From NCBI GenBank assembly GCA_964575345.1, contig CAZNQD010000001.1, forward strand, positions 100,367 through 164,366: 64,000 bases of DNA. The letters run 5' to 3'. The DNA is from an uncultured Bacteroidales bacterium (GTDB lineage Bacteria > Bacteroidota > Bacteroidia > Bacteroidales > UBA1402). The notes beneath the pieces were generated by a model. That model was not told the DNA's origin. It ran no database searches and saw only the letters and a list, made by a program, of their open reading frames with translations. Positions 26,997 to 36,253 of the stretch are shown here, one piece after another (the stretch's first letter is position 1; the number at the start of each line of letters is the position of its first letter). The position numbers and the translations under genes are program-made.

Positions 26997-27797
26997 TTAC
27001 TTTATATATTTTTTTGCTGTTTCAAACAATTGTTCTGCCTCTTTTTGATAACCGCTTTGCGGAAATTCATTTATAAAGCTGTAATACTCATCAACAACCT
27101 GACGAAAACGTTCTTCTTTGAGGTAGTCGTAACTGTTTTGAGCGAAGGCATAACGTGATTTTAAAATCAGAAAGGCCAGGTCTACTCTGTAACGGGAGCT
27201 TGGGAAATCCTGCAAAGCCAGGATGGACGTTACAATACAGGATTCGTAATTATTCCCCATGTAGTTGCCCAGGTCGTAATAGAGCTGACAGTTTAAGAGG
27301 GCTTTGTAGGCCAGTTTTTCCATCAGGTCGTTCAACATGATTTCTACTTCGGCCCTGCGGTCGCTTTGAGGATAGTATTCCAGAAACACATTCAGTTCAT
27401 CCATAGCCTGTATGGTTCCTTCCTGCGAGAGCCTGGAATCAGGAGCGTTCAAATAAGCAGCTTTGCCCGACATAAAACGGCAGTCTTCCACAAAAGTGCC
27501 GTTGGGAAAAGTTTTGTAATAAAGCTGGTATTCGTGGGAGGCCGAAAAAAAATCTTTGCTTTGGAAGTAGGAATTGCCCAGCATGTACAAGGCTTGTTCG
27601 GCTCTTTCGGTCCCCTTGTAAATGGTTTTGAGTTCATCCATCAACTCGATTACTTTTGTATACTTCCCCTGCTCATAATATTCGTTGGCCTTTTGCCACT
27701 TGGCTTCGTAATCCTGGCTCTTGAGGAGCTTCTGATATTCGCTGCAAGAGGCGAGGCTTAATATAATCAAGAGAATTAAAGGAAATCTTGTTTTCAT
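26997..27797 (-). CDS. bamD: outer membrane protein assembly factor BamD (TPR lipoprotein)
   Basis: Lipobox LSLASCS after MKTRFPLILLIIL, so I prefer the start at 27797 over the track start at 27854. TPR-like repeats throughout. Confidence 0.75.
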   Translation of the reverse strand: MKTRFPLILLIILSLASCSEYQKLLKSQDYEAKWQKANEYYEQGKYTKVIELMDELKTIYKGTERAEQALYMLGNSYFQSKDFFSASHEYQLYYKTFPNGTFVEDCRFMSGKAAYLNAPDSRLSQEGTIQAMDELNVFLEYYPQSDRRAEVEIMLNDLMEKLAYKALLNCQLYYDLGNYMGNNYESCIVTSILALQDFPSSRYRVDLAFLILKSRYAFAQNSYDYLKEERFRQVVDEYYSFINEFPQSGYQKEAEQLFETAKKYIK

Positions 27798-27877
27798 TCT
27801 ATAGTTGAGACCTTCTACTGAAAAAAGCCTGCAAATATACTCAGTATTCTTCAATTATAAAAATGCAAGCCTCTTTT

Positions 27878-28315
27878 TTACTTTTCTTTAAATGCGTAAA
27901 AATCATCGGCTTTAATCAGATCGTAGTGATTCTCTTGCAAGAGCCTGATGCATTCCTGAATTTTATCGGGCCGGATAATTACCTGTGCAAATTCGTTGAC
28001 GGCAAAGGCGTACATGTATTCCACCGAAATTCCGCCGGCTGACAGGAGCTGCAGGGTTTTGTTCAAAGCTCCAGGAGTATTCGGGCATTGCAGGCAGATG
28101 ACATCGGTCAGCGATACGGCTATGCCTTTTTGGGCCAGAATCTGCCTGGCTTTGTCGGGATCAGACACTATAACCCGCATAATACCGAAATCGGAGCTTT
28201 CGGCTATGGTGAAAGCCGATAAATTTATACCGGCATCGCCCAGTAAATCAGTTACCTCGGTAAGGCGACCGGTTTTGTTTTCCAAAAAAATGGATAGTTG
28301 CTTAATTAACATCAT
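27878..28315 (-). CDS. ACT-domain protein, copy 2
   Basis: LSIFLENKTGRLTEVTDLLGDAGINL. Collinear with copy 1. Confidence 0.75.
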   Translation of the reverse strand: MMLIKQLSIFLENKTGRLTEVTDLLGDAGINLSAFTIAESSDFGIMRVIVSDPDKARQILAQKGIAVSLTDVICLQCPNTPGALNKTLQLLSAGGISVEYMYAFAVNEFAQVIIRPDKIQECIRLLQENHYDLIKADDFYAFKEK

Positions 28316-28327
28316 AGTTGTAGCTTA

Positions 28328-29632
28328 TTACTGGTTATACATATTGCGCTTATCGGTCACTCGCCTGGCTTTTCCGGTAGAACGTTCTATGGAGCGTGGT
28401 TCGACCAGTTTGATTTCGGCCGAGATACCCAGGACGCTTTGTACGCGGTGAGCAATCCTTTTTTTGAGATCCAGCATCTGACTTAAATGGTCGCTGAAAA
28501 ATTCTGGACGGACTTCCACGTGAATTTCGAAGACATCGGTGTTGTTAATACGGTCTACAAAAAGATGATAATGGGGAGCTGCTTCCGAAAATTCCAATAA
28601 AACGCTTTCCACCTGCGAGGGAAAGACATTGACACCGCGGATAATCAACATATCGTCGCTGCGTCCGCGAATTTTGTCCATACGTACCAGGGTTCTTCCG
28701 CAGGAACACTTATCGTAATTCAGGCTGGTCAGGTCTTTGGTCCGATAACGCAGGATGGGCATGCCTTCTTTGGTTATGGTTGTGATGACCAACTCTCCCA
28801 CTTCGCCTGCAGGAAGCGGTTGCAGGGTGTCAGGATCAACTATTTCGGGAATAAAATGATCTTCGTTGAAGTGCAGCCCGTTTTGTTCACTGCAATTGTA
28901 GGCCACTCCGGGCCCGATGATCTCGGTCAGTCCAAAAATATCGAAGGCCTTGATGGATAATTTATTTTCAATTTCTTTGCGCATTCCGTCCGTCCAGGGT
29001 TCTGCGCCAAAAAATCCGGCTTTTAGTTTCAATTTGTTTTCTACCCCCATTTTGTTGATCATCTCCGTCAGGTATAAAGCATATGAGGGGGTGCAACACA
29101 AAGCGGTGGTCCCAAAATCGGTCATAAGCTGAATTTGTTTTTCGGTGTTACCCGATGAAATGGGAATCACCGAGGCTCCAATGCGTTCAGCTCCGGCGTG
29201 AGCTCCCAGTCCTCCCGTGAATAAGCCGTAACCGTAGGCAATCTGAAAAATATCGCTCCGGTCGCAATTCCCGGCCGAAAAGGTTCTGGCCATTACTTCG
29301 GACCAGATGTTCAGGTCTTTGCGCGTATATCCTCCGACTATGGGTTTACCTGTTGTGCCCGAAGAGGCATGCAACCTGACAATCTCGGACATGGGCGAGG
29401 AAAACAAGCCGAAAGGATATTGATCTCTTAAATCGTTTTTAACTGTAAAGGGTAATTTTACCAGATCTTCGACCGATTCAATATCCTCGGGAGTAATACC
29501 GAGCTCCTGCATTTTGTTCCTGTAAAAAGGGGAATTGCAATAAACCCGTTCAACGGTGTTGTGTAAACGTTTGCCCTGGAGCTCCAGCATTTCGCCGCGG
29601 CTCAGGCATTCATAAGTTTCGTTCCAAATCAT
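28328..29632 (-). CDS. paaK: phenylacetate-CoA ligase (PaaK family), copy 2
   Basis: SSGTTGKPIV loop. MIWNETYECLSRGEMLELQGKRL is a typical PaaK start. Confidence 0.85.
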   Translation of the reverse strand: MIWNETYECLSRGEMLELQGKRLHNTVERVYCNSPFYRNKMQELGITPEDIESVEDLVKLPFTVKNDLRDQYPFGLFSSPMSEIVRLHASSGTTGKPIVGGYTRKDLNIWSEVMARTFSAGNCDRSDIFQIAYGYGLFTGGLGAHAGAERIGASVIPISSGNTEKQIQLMTDFGTTALCCTPSYALYLTEMINKMGVENKLKLKAGFFGAEPWTDGMRKEIENKLSIKAFDIFGLTEIIGPGVAYNCSEQNGLHFNEDHFIPEIVDPDTLQPLPAGEVGELVITTITKEGMPILRYRTKDLTSLNYDKCSCGRTLVRMDKIRGRSDDMLIIRGVNVFPSQVESVLLEFSEAAPHYHLFVDRINNTDVFEIHVEVRPEFFSDHLSQMLDLKKRIAHRVQSVLGISAEIKLVEPRSIERSTGKARRVTDKRNMYNQ

Positions 29633-29803
29633 ATTGAAAAAATAAAGGAAAGAGGCTATTCCTGTAAAAAATATGTAATTTTATTCAATACCGGCCAGGA
29701 GTCAGTCTTTTGGCCAATAATCTTGCGAAGGAACAATTTTTTTTTGTATTCTGAAAATAATAGAGTCTGCACTGAAGGATTTCGCAAAGCTTTTAAAAAT
29801 GTC

Positions 29804-29811
29804 TACTTTTG
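29804..29811 (+). promoter_or_regulatory. -7 box candidate (TACTTTTG) for uvrB
   Basis: Exact TAnnTTTG, 20 nt upstream of the ATG at 29831. It lies inside the longer track ORF, which argues for the shorter start. Confidence 0.5.
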
Positions 29812-29830
29812 CAGATTATTTTCTGCTCTC

Positions 29831-31843
29831 ATGTTTAAACTTGTTTCAGCTTATCAACCCACCGGAGACCAGCCCGAAGCCATACAATTACTTTCAGAAG
29901 GCATTCAGCAGGGACTTTCTCACCAAACACTGCTTGGAGTGACGGGATCGGGTAAAACTTTTACAGTGGCCAATGTGGTGAAGCAAGTGCAACGTCCTAC
30001 CCTGGTGTTAAGCCACAACAAAACACTGGCCGCTCAATTGTACGGTGAATTCAAAAGCTTTTTCCCTGAAAATGCGGTTGAATACTTTGTGTCTTACTAC
30101 GATTACTACCAACCCGAAGCCTATTTGCCTCACAGCGATACTTACATAGAAAAGGACCTGGCCATTAACGATGAAATTGAGAAACTGAGGTTGTCGGCCA
30201 CTTCTTCCTTGTTATCGGGCCGTAGGGATGTATTGGTGGTTTCCTCGGTGTCCTGCTTGTTTGGCATGGGCAACCCCATAGATTTCCATAACAACATCCA
30301 ACGTGTTCAAAAAGGTCAGTCACTGAGCCGCAATGTTTTTTTGCGCAGTCTGGTCGACAGTCTTTATTCAAGAAATGATGTAGGCCCCGGACGCGGCAAT
30401 TTCCGGGTGAAAGGCGATAATGTAGACATTTTTCTGGCATATTCCGATATGGTGATCCGGGTCAGTTTTTGGGGAGAAGAAATCGAAGCCATAGAGCAAA
30501 TCGACTACCTGACAGGCAGGAGACTGGCCGAATTTGATCGCTTCGATATCTATCCTGCCAATCTGTTTGTCACCACCAAAGAAAGGCAGGCTCAGGCCAT
30601 AAGGCAGATAGAACTTGATCTGGCGGCTCAGGTGGCCTTTTTCCAGTCCATCGACAAAGCATACGAAGCCAGGCGCCTGCAGGAAAGGGTTAGTTACGAT
30701 ATGGAGATGATCAGGGAGCTGGGGCATTGCTCGGGAATTGAGAATTATTCCAGGTATTTTGACGGCCGCGAGCCGGGAATGCGTCCCTTCTGCCTCCTGG
30801 ATTTCTTTCCCGAAGATTTTTTAATGGTCATTGACGAGAGTCATGTAACGGTACCCCAAATCAGAGCAATGTGGGGAGGCGATCATGCCCGCAAACAAAA
30901 TCTGGTTGAATACGGTTTCAGGCTTCCGGCCGCATTGGATAACCGGCCTCTGCGTTTCGATGAATTTGAAGCTATGACTTCTCAGGTTATTTACGTCAGT
31001 GCCACCCCGGCCGATTATGAGCTGGAGAAATCCGGCGGACTTATCGTAGAGCAACTGATTCGTCCCACAGGGCTGTTGGATCCTGTTATGGTAGTACGTC
31101 CCAGTAAGCATCAGGTGGATGATTTAATGGAAGAAATCCGCCAGAGAGTGGAAAACAACGAACGAACTCTGGTGACAACACTCACCAAGCGAATGGCTGA
31201 AGAATTATCGGCTTACCTCAAGCGGCAGGGTGTACTTTGTGAATACATCCATTCCGACGTGGAAACCCTGGAAAGGGTAAACATTATGGACAAGCTGCGC
31301 AAAGGGCTTTTTGACGTACTGATCGGGGTTAATTTATTACGCGAAGGTCTGGATTTACCCGAAGTATCTTTAGTAGCCATTCTGGATGCAGACAAGGAAG
31401 GATTCCTGCGCAATCACCGTTCTTTGACTCAGACAGCCGGCCGGGCTGCCCGTCACATTAACGGTAAAGTAATTTTATACGCAGATAAAATCACCGAAAG
31501 TATGCGGCTTACCCTGGAGGAAACCCAACGGCGAAGAAATAAACAAGAAGAATACAACAGACTCAACAACATCACGCCCACGGCTATCCGTAAAGACAAT
31601 TATTCCGTGCTGGTCAACAGAGCAGCCGAGGATCAGAGCAAGACAAAAGCCTATATTGAACCGGAAGAAATTAATATTCTGACAGATCCTGTGATTCGCT
31701 ACATGGGCCGTCCTCAATTGGAAAAGTTGATAGAAAACACCCGTAAATTAATGTACACAGCCTCCGAAAAAATGGAATTTCTGGAGGCTGCGCAATACCG
31801 AGATGAGCTTTATCGGCTGGAGCAAAGGCTTAAAGAGTTCTAA
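29831..31843 (+). CDS. uvrB: excinuclease ABC subunit B
   Basis: MFKLVSAYQPTGDQPEAI start. GVTGSGKTFT Walker A. DESHVT motif. C-terminal UVR domain (AAQYRDELYRLE). Confidence 0.95.
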   Translation: MFKLVSAYQPTGDQPEAIQLLSEGIQQGLSHQTLLGVTGSGKTFTVANVVKQVQRPTLVLSHNKTLAAQLYGEFKSFFPENAVEYFVSYYDYYQPEAYLPHSDTYIEKDLAINDEIEKLRLSATSSLLSGRRDVLVVSSVSCLFGMGNPIDFHNNIQRVQKGQSLSRNVFLRSLVDSLYSRNDVGPGRGNFRVKGDNVDIFLAYSDMVIRVSFWGEEIEAIEQIDYLTGRRLAEFDRFDIYPANLFVTTKERQAQAIRQIELDLAAQVAFFQSIDKAYEARRLQERVSYDMEMIRELGHCSGIENYSRYFDGREPGMRPFCLLDFFPEDFLMVIDESHVTVPQIRAMWGGDHARKQNLVEYGFRLPAALDNRPLRFDEFEAMTSQVIYVSATPADYELEKSGGLIVEQLIRPTGLLDPVMVVRPSKHQVDDLMEEIRQRVENNERTLVTTLTKRMAEELSAYLKRQGVLCEYIHSDVETLERVNIMDKLRKGLFDVLIGVNLLREGLDLPEVSLVAILDADKEGFLRNHRSLTQTAGRAARHINGKVILYADKITESMRLTLEETQRRRNKQEEYNRLNNITPTAIRKDNYSVLVNRAAEDQSKTKAYIEPEEINILTDPVIRYMGRPQLEKLIENTRKLMYTASEKMEFLEAAQYRDELYRLEQRLKEF

Positions 31844-33297
31844 AACTTAACTCCCAGGCTACATACTATGTTGGCTGTGTTGGTGTTTATATTTGCATAC
31901 TCACCTGCTCCGTCCCAATTGTAATAGGGATAAAAATGTTCCGTTCTGAATTGCTCAACGAAAGCTATGTCAAAAAAGAAGGCTCCTGTCCGATAGCCAA
32001 AACCTAAGGAAGCAGTATGTGCATCTTTTTCCATGAAATATTGTGGAGCCGAGGATGGAGTGTAAATAACCGTGTTGTTTCTTTCGATATGATCGGCCAC
32101 CGGTGATTGATAGAAGGCATAGCCGGCTCTGAAACTGAATTGTTTGTCGAGGCGTATTTCTGTTCCAACTCGCAGGTTGTATCCCAATCTGAAGAATTTA
32201 TTGATATCTTCGTTCACATCTGTATAAGGATAGCCACTACTGTTGCGCATACGGATTTTTCGGTAATCGACTATTTCGTAATCTATACTGAGCAGGCCGA
32301 CTTGTCCAAGTTGAGCAGCTGCACTGATAACGAAAAGTTGTGGAGTTTCCAGTTGATAATAAACAGGATCCGGCTCTTCTTCGGATATATAAATGGTCCT
32401 GTCTTCTACAAGACCGTCATCGTCCGGCATACCAAAAGAGCTCAGGTAGGCATCGTAATCGTCTCTGAGCGCGTAGTAAGTGGGTGTGTGATAAGAAAAG
32501 CCCAGTCTAAATTCGGGTATGGGGCGAAGGATCAGGCCGATTTTTCCATTAATACCGGTTCCTGAGGTTTTTAGCCAATTCCATAACTCCATACTGCCGC
32601 CTTCGTCAAAGAATTCTTTGTAGTAAGTGTCTATTTCATAATTGACCGATTGCACACCCAGAGAGGCACCAAAATACAGTAAATGGTTGTAATTGAATCC
32701 CATACTAAAATTCCATTCGCCAATACTCCCTTTTTCGATGGCGTATTGTTCATTGTCCAATAATTCGCCCTCTTGCAAAACAGGATTGTAATTATCGTCC
32801 AACAGATACGTTTCCCAGGCCATGTTCTCCAGGGTACTGTAAGGGCTAAGGTTATCCAGCAATGAAACGGGTCGGTCAAGGCCAATGACATTCACATTGC
32901 GATTATAGTTTTTCAGCCGGTTGTAAGTAACGCCGAAGTTGTAATTGGCCACTTTGGAATCGTCGTAGGTCCGATATGAACCTACCACACCAAAGTTATT
33001 AACGCCAAAACCCACTTTGGAATCACTGCTCCCGGAACCATTGAAATCGGAATTCAGACCGGCAATGCTCAAAACGGGGCTGAAACTAATTTCAGAACTT
33101 CGGTAGACAGCTATCCCCGCAGGATTGATACCTAAGGCGGTCAAATCACCTCCCAGGGCGCCAAAAGCATTGGCCATACCGATGGAGCGAGCTGTCCCGC
33201 TAACTTCAGATTGTGAATACCTTAATGCATCAAAGGCTTCCTGACCTACCAAGTTGAATGCTGAAAACAGAAAAACTGCAAGAATTGTATTTTTCAT
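31840..33297 (-). CDS. FadL/OmpP1/PorV-like outer-membrane beta-barrel protein
   Basis: Signal peptide. N-terminal segment GTARSIGMANAFGALGGDLTALGINPAGIA is typical of the FadL-like hatch region. C-terminal ...CSLGVKF aromatic ending. Confidence 0.6.
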   Translation of the reverse strand: MKNTILAVFLFSAFNLVGQEAFDALRYSQSEVSGTARSIGMANAFGALGGDLTALGINPAGIAVYRSSEISFSPVLSIAGLNSDFNGSGSSDSKVGFGVNNFGVVGSYRTYDDSKVANYNFGVTYNRLKNYNRNVNVIGLDRPVSLLDNLSPYSTLENMAWETYLLDDNYNPVLQEGELLDNEQYAIEKGSIGEWNFSMGFNYNHLLYFGASLGVQSVNYEIDTYYKEFFDEGGSMELWNWLKTSGTGINGKIGLILRPIPEFRLGFSYHTPTYYALRDDYDAYLSSFGMPDDDGLVEDRTIYISEEEPDPVYYQLETPQLFVISAAAQLGQVGLLSIDYEIVDYRKIRMRNSSGYPYTDVNEDINKFFRLGYNLRVGTEIRLDKQFSFRAGYAFYQSPVADHIERNNTVIYTPSSAPQYFMEKDAHTASLGFGYRTGAFFFDIAFVEQFRTEHFYPYYNWDGAGEYANINTNTANIVCSLGVKF

Positions 33298-33308
33298 TTC
33301 TTAATTAT

Positions 33309-34781
33309 TTAGCGACGACCGGAACTGCCTGATGAGCTACGCCCGGCTGAACCGGAGCTGCTGCCAGAAGAACTCCTGCCGGAAGAACTGCTGCCGGAAG
33401 AATAGGAGCTGCTGCTACTGTTGCTGGGAGTTGAATATGAAGAAGAGGAAGAGGATGAGCTTGATGTAGACACGCTGCTTCTTGTATTACTGCTGCTTGA
33501 ACTGCTTCTTATACTGCTGTTTGTGTTGCTGCTACCGGAACTGCTTCTGACGCCGGTAGAGCTGCTTCTAACACTACTGCTTGAACTTCTGGCAGTTGAA
33601 GGACTTGTCGTTGCAGCACCCGATCTGGAAGACGAAGGTGCGCTTACTGCACTGCTTCGGCTGCTGTTCGCAGAGGAAGAACTTCTGGTTGTAGATTGCC
33701 TGGTACTGGTACCCGAATAACGATTGTCGGTGGTGGAGTTTCTGTAGGTAGCATTGTTGTCGGAAGATCCTGCAGAATTAATTGTTGAGCGGGTGCCGGT
33801 GCCGGTGGACCGGGCAGTGGCTGTTGTGCTTCTGGAAGTACTGGTGCCTCTGGTAAAATTGTCCCCACGGGCATTGGTTGTTCTTGAAGCCAGAGTTTCG
33901 GTACGGCTAAAGTCATTGTAAACGGCCGAAGAACGGCTGTCCGTTCTGCCGGCTACACCTCCGCTGCCGGCTGCCTGCCTGCTGCTGACCGGAATTCCTC
34001 CCCTTGAATTAATCTCATTTCGCGATGCCAGTGCTGTACGGGTGTTAACCGGTTTTCTGGGTGTTTTGATGTAAGAAGGATAACCCCAGGCTGTGTAGGG
34101 AGAGTAATAATTGTAGGGGTGATAACCGTAATAACAATAGTCCCAACCCCAGGAATAGTACCAGGGGCTGTACCAGCTGTAATACCAGGGATCGTAAAAA
34201 CCGTAATACCACCCGTTATAACGCCAGGGGGAATAATATCCGTAATAACCATGGTAGCCCCAGCCGTAATAATAAGGTCTGTAAAAGTCGTCAAAATACC
34301 AGGGGCTCATCCAGGGATTCCAGGAATAATCGTCCATATAATAAATATCCACATCAGCACCTTCTTCAATATAAATATTTACATAACCGTCTTCGGTAAT
34401 GTGCGTTGTGAATTTATCGTTGTGAAAGCGTCTTATTCTTTCGCTGTATTGAAAGTCTTCGTATTCTTCACGGCTTATCAGCACTGAATCGTCCAATAAT
34501 TCCTCTTCTTCGTAATTTTCCGCCTGATTGTTGTTTTTGTATGAAGGCCTGCGGTTGTACACGTCAACATCCATGGATGATTCATTTGTAGCGTAATCAA
34601 CTTCGTTTTCTGTTGCTTTATTTGTCACCAGAGAAGACTGATCCTGAGTGCTTTCGGCCTTAATAAGAGTCGACTCGAATTTAGGATGGTAGTACAGGTC
34701 GTCGTCGTACACTTTTTGTGCACCAAGTGCCCAGGGGATAGCCAAGGCAAGTATAAACAGGTAATTGATTTTGGTTTTCAT
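33309..34781 (-). CDS. secreted low-complexity protein (acidic zone, Tyr/Trp-rich zone, Ser/Thr/Arg-rich tail), function unknown
   Basis: Signal peptide MKTKINYLFILALAIPWALGA. It has its own -7 box and sits 11 nt upstream of the barrel gene. The strong 3-nt periodicity of the Ser-codon-rich DNA supports the frame. Confidence 0.65.
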   Translation of the reverse strand: MKTKINYLFILALAIPWALGAQKVYDDDLYYHPKFESTLIKAESTQDQSSLVTNKATENEVDYATNESSMDVDVYNRRPSYKNNNQAENYEEEELLDDSVLISREEYEDFQYSERIRRFHNDKFTTHITEDGYVNIYIEEGADVDIYYMDDYSWNPWMSPWYFDDFYRPYYYGWGYHGYYGYYSPWRYNGWYYGFYDPWYYSWYSPWYYSWGWDYCYYGYHPYNYYSPYTAWGYPSYIKTPRKPVNTRTALASRNEINSRGGIPVSSRQAAGSGGVAGRTDSRSSAVYNDFSRTETLASRTTNARGDNFTRGTSTSRSTTATARSTGTGTRSTINSAGSSDNNATYRNSTTDNRYSGTSTRQSTTRSSSSANSSRSSAVSAPSSSRSGAATTSPSTARSSSSSVRSSSTGVRSSSGSSNTNSSIRSSSSSSNTRSSVSTSSSSSSSSSYSTPSNSSSSSYSSGSSSSGRSSSGSSSGSAGRSSSGSSGRR

Positions 34782-34830
34782 ATCAGTACTCCCTTCTGTT
34801 TTGGTGAAAACAAGATAAACATGTTTACTA

Positions 34831-34838
34831 CAAAGATA
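34831..34838 (-). promoter_or_regulatory. -7 box candidate (TATCTTTG) for the low-complexity protein / barrel unit
   Basis: Exact TAnnTTTG on the minus strand, 50 nt upstream of the ATG at 34781. Confidence 0.5.
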
Positions 34839-34949
34839 CTTTTTTCGGTAAATCGTTTATTTAAATTATACAGATTTAACAATAATCTCCGCCTCTGACA
34901 GCGATTAAAGGCAGGATGTAAAATTTTTGTAAGGTATGAATTATTTAAT

Positions 34950-34957
34950 TAGTTTTG
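34950..34957 (+). promoter_or_regulatory. -7 box candidate (TAGTTTTG) for the alpha-oxoamine synthase gene
   Basis: Exact TAnnTTTG. It overlaps the track's TTG start at 34955, which argues for a downstream start. Confidence 0.45.
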
Positions 34958-34981
34958 CAGCTGTACAAGAAAACATTCAAG

Positions 34982-36235
34982 GTGGATTTATTCGATCGCA
35001 TACGTACTAACGAAGAGCCTTTGTCAAAAATGGCCAGGCAATTGCACGGGTATTTTACCTATCCAAAACTGGAGGGGCCTCTCGGAGCTCATATGAAGTT
35101 CAGAGGTAAGGATATCTTAAATTGGAATGTAAATGATTATCTGGGTTTTACACAAAACGAGGAGATCCGTAGCATTGACGAGGAGCTGACCCGAAAATGG
35201 GGACTCTCCTATCCCTCGGGTAACCGCATTATGGCCGGACATACCAGTATTCACGAGAAGCTGGAATCGATGCTTGCCGATTTTACACATAAGGAAGATG
35301 CCTTTGTCCTGAATTACGGTTATCAGGGAATTTCCTCCGTCATCGATGCTTTGTGCGAACGTAACGATATCATTATTTACGATATTCAGGTACATGCCTC
35401 CATGATCGATGGCATCCGCCTGCACAGGGGGGAACATTTCAGCTATCAGCACAACGACATGGACAGCCTTGAAAAAGCCCTCAAAAAAGCCGCAAGCAAA
35501 CTCGAGAAGAATCCCAAAGGCGGTATATTGCTACTTACGCAGGGAGTTTTCAGTTCTACCGGCGATTACGGCAAACTGGACCTGATAGTAGCCTTAAAAG
35601 AGCAGTACTCTTTCAGAATTTTACTCAACGATGCAGATGGTTTCGGTATTCAGGGTAAAAATGGCTCCGGCACTGCCGAGCATTTTGGCGTCAGCTCACA
35701 GATTGACTTATACTTGGGCTCTTTTTCCAAAGCCTTTGCTTCCCAGGGCTGTTTTATTTCAGGTCCGGAACTGATAATGAATTATTTAAGATATCATACC
35801 AGAACACAGTTGCATTCCAAAGCTTTGCCTCTGGTTTTTGCTGAAGGCATCATCAAAAGGATGGAATACCTCAAAAAGAATTTGTCGCTGGTAAAAAAGC
35901 TGCACTCCAATGCCAACTATATGAGGAAAGCATTGCTGCAGAAAGGTTTTGATCTGGGAGAATCCAATACGAATATTATCCCTATTTATTTCCCCTGCAA
36001 TATTTACGAAGCCTTGAACATTGTTATCGATTTGAGGGAAAACTACAATATTTTCTGCCCTGTCCTCATTTATCCCTTTATTCTAAAAAATCAGCTTCTG
36101 CTCAGGCTCATGCCTACCGTTTATCATTCCATGGAAGACATGGATTTTACGCTGAATGCTTTTGTAGACATTCAGGAGAACCTTAAAGCCAAAAAATATT
36201 CCACCGAACGTTCGGATTTTTTTAAGGATTTATAG
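34982..36235 (+). CDS. alpha-oxoamine synthase family PLP enzyme (serine palmitoyltransferase / AONS / KBL-like)
   Basis: GSFSKAF PLP-lysine motif and NDYLGF substrate-loop motif. Start uncertain: GTG at 34982 is preferred, alternatives are the TTG at 34955 or the ATG at 35030. Confidence 0.8.
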   Translation: MDLFDRIRTNEEPLSKMARQLHGYFTYPKLEGPLGAHMKFRGKDILNWNVNDYLGFTQNEEIRSIDEELTRKWGLSYPSGNRIMAGHTSIHEKLESMLADFTHKEDAFVLNYGYQGISSVIDALCERNDIIIYDIQVHASMIDGIRLHRGEHFSYQHNDMDSLEKALKKAASKLEKNPKGGILLLTQGVFSSTGDYGKLDLIVALKEQYSFRILLNDADGFGIQGKNGSGTAEHFGVSSQIDLYLGSFSKAFASQGCFISGPELIMNYLRYHTRTQLHSKALPLVFAEGIIKRMEYLKKNLSLVKKLHSNANYMRKALLQKGFDLGESNTNIIPIYFPCNIYEALNIVIDLRENYNIFCPVLIYPFILKNQLLLRLMPTVYHSMEDMDFTLNAFVDIQENLKAKKYSTERSDFFKDL

Positions 36236-36253
36236 GCTCAAACCATTTATAGC

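Noticed and set aside
29723-29830. N-terminal extensions offered by the ORF track for uvrB (29723), bamD (27854), fucP (60654), the SSS transporter (6897), the ACT protein (6288) and the SDR (52435).
   Set aside because: The extensions overlap upstream genes or promoter boxes and lack similarity to family N-termini. Internal ATGs give canonical starts, signal peptides or lipoboxes.
33421-34487. Alternative-frame and antisense ORFs within the low-complexity gene (33421-33720, 33644-33916, 33953-34294, 34119-34487).
   Set aside because: They are artefacts of repetitive Ser/Tyr-codon DNA. Only the 33309-34781 frame has a signal peptide, a promoter box and the full length.
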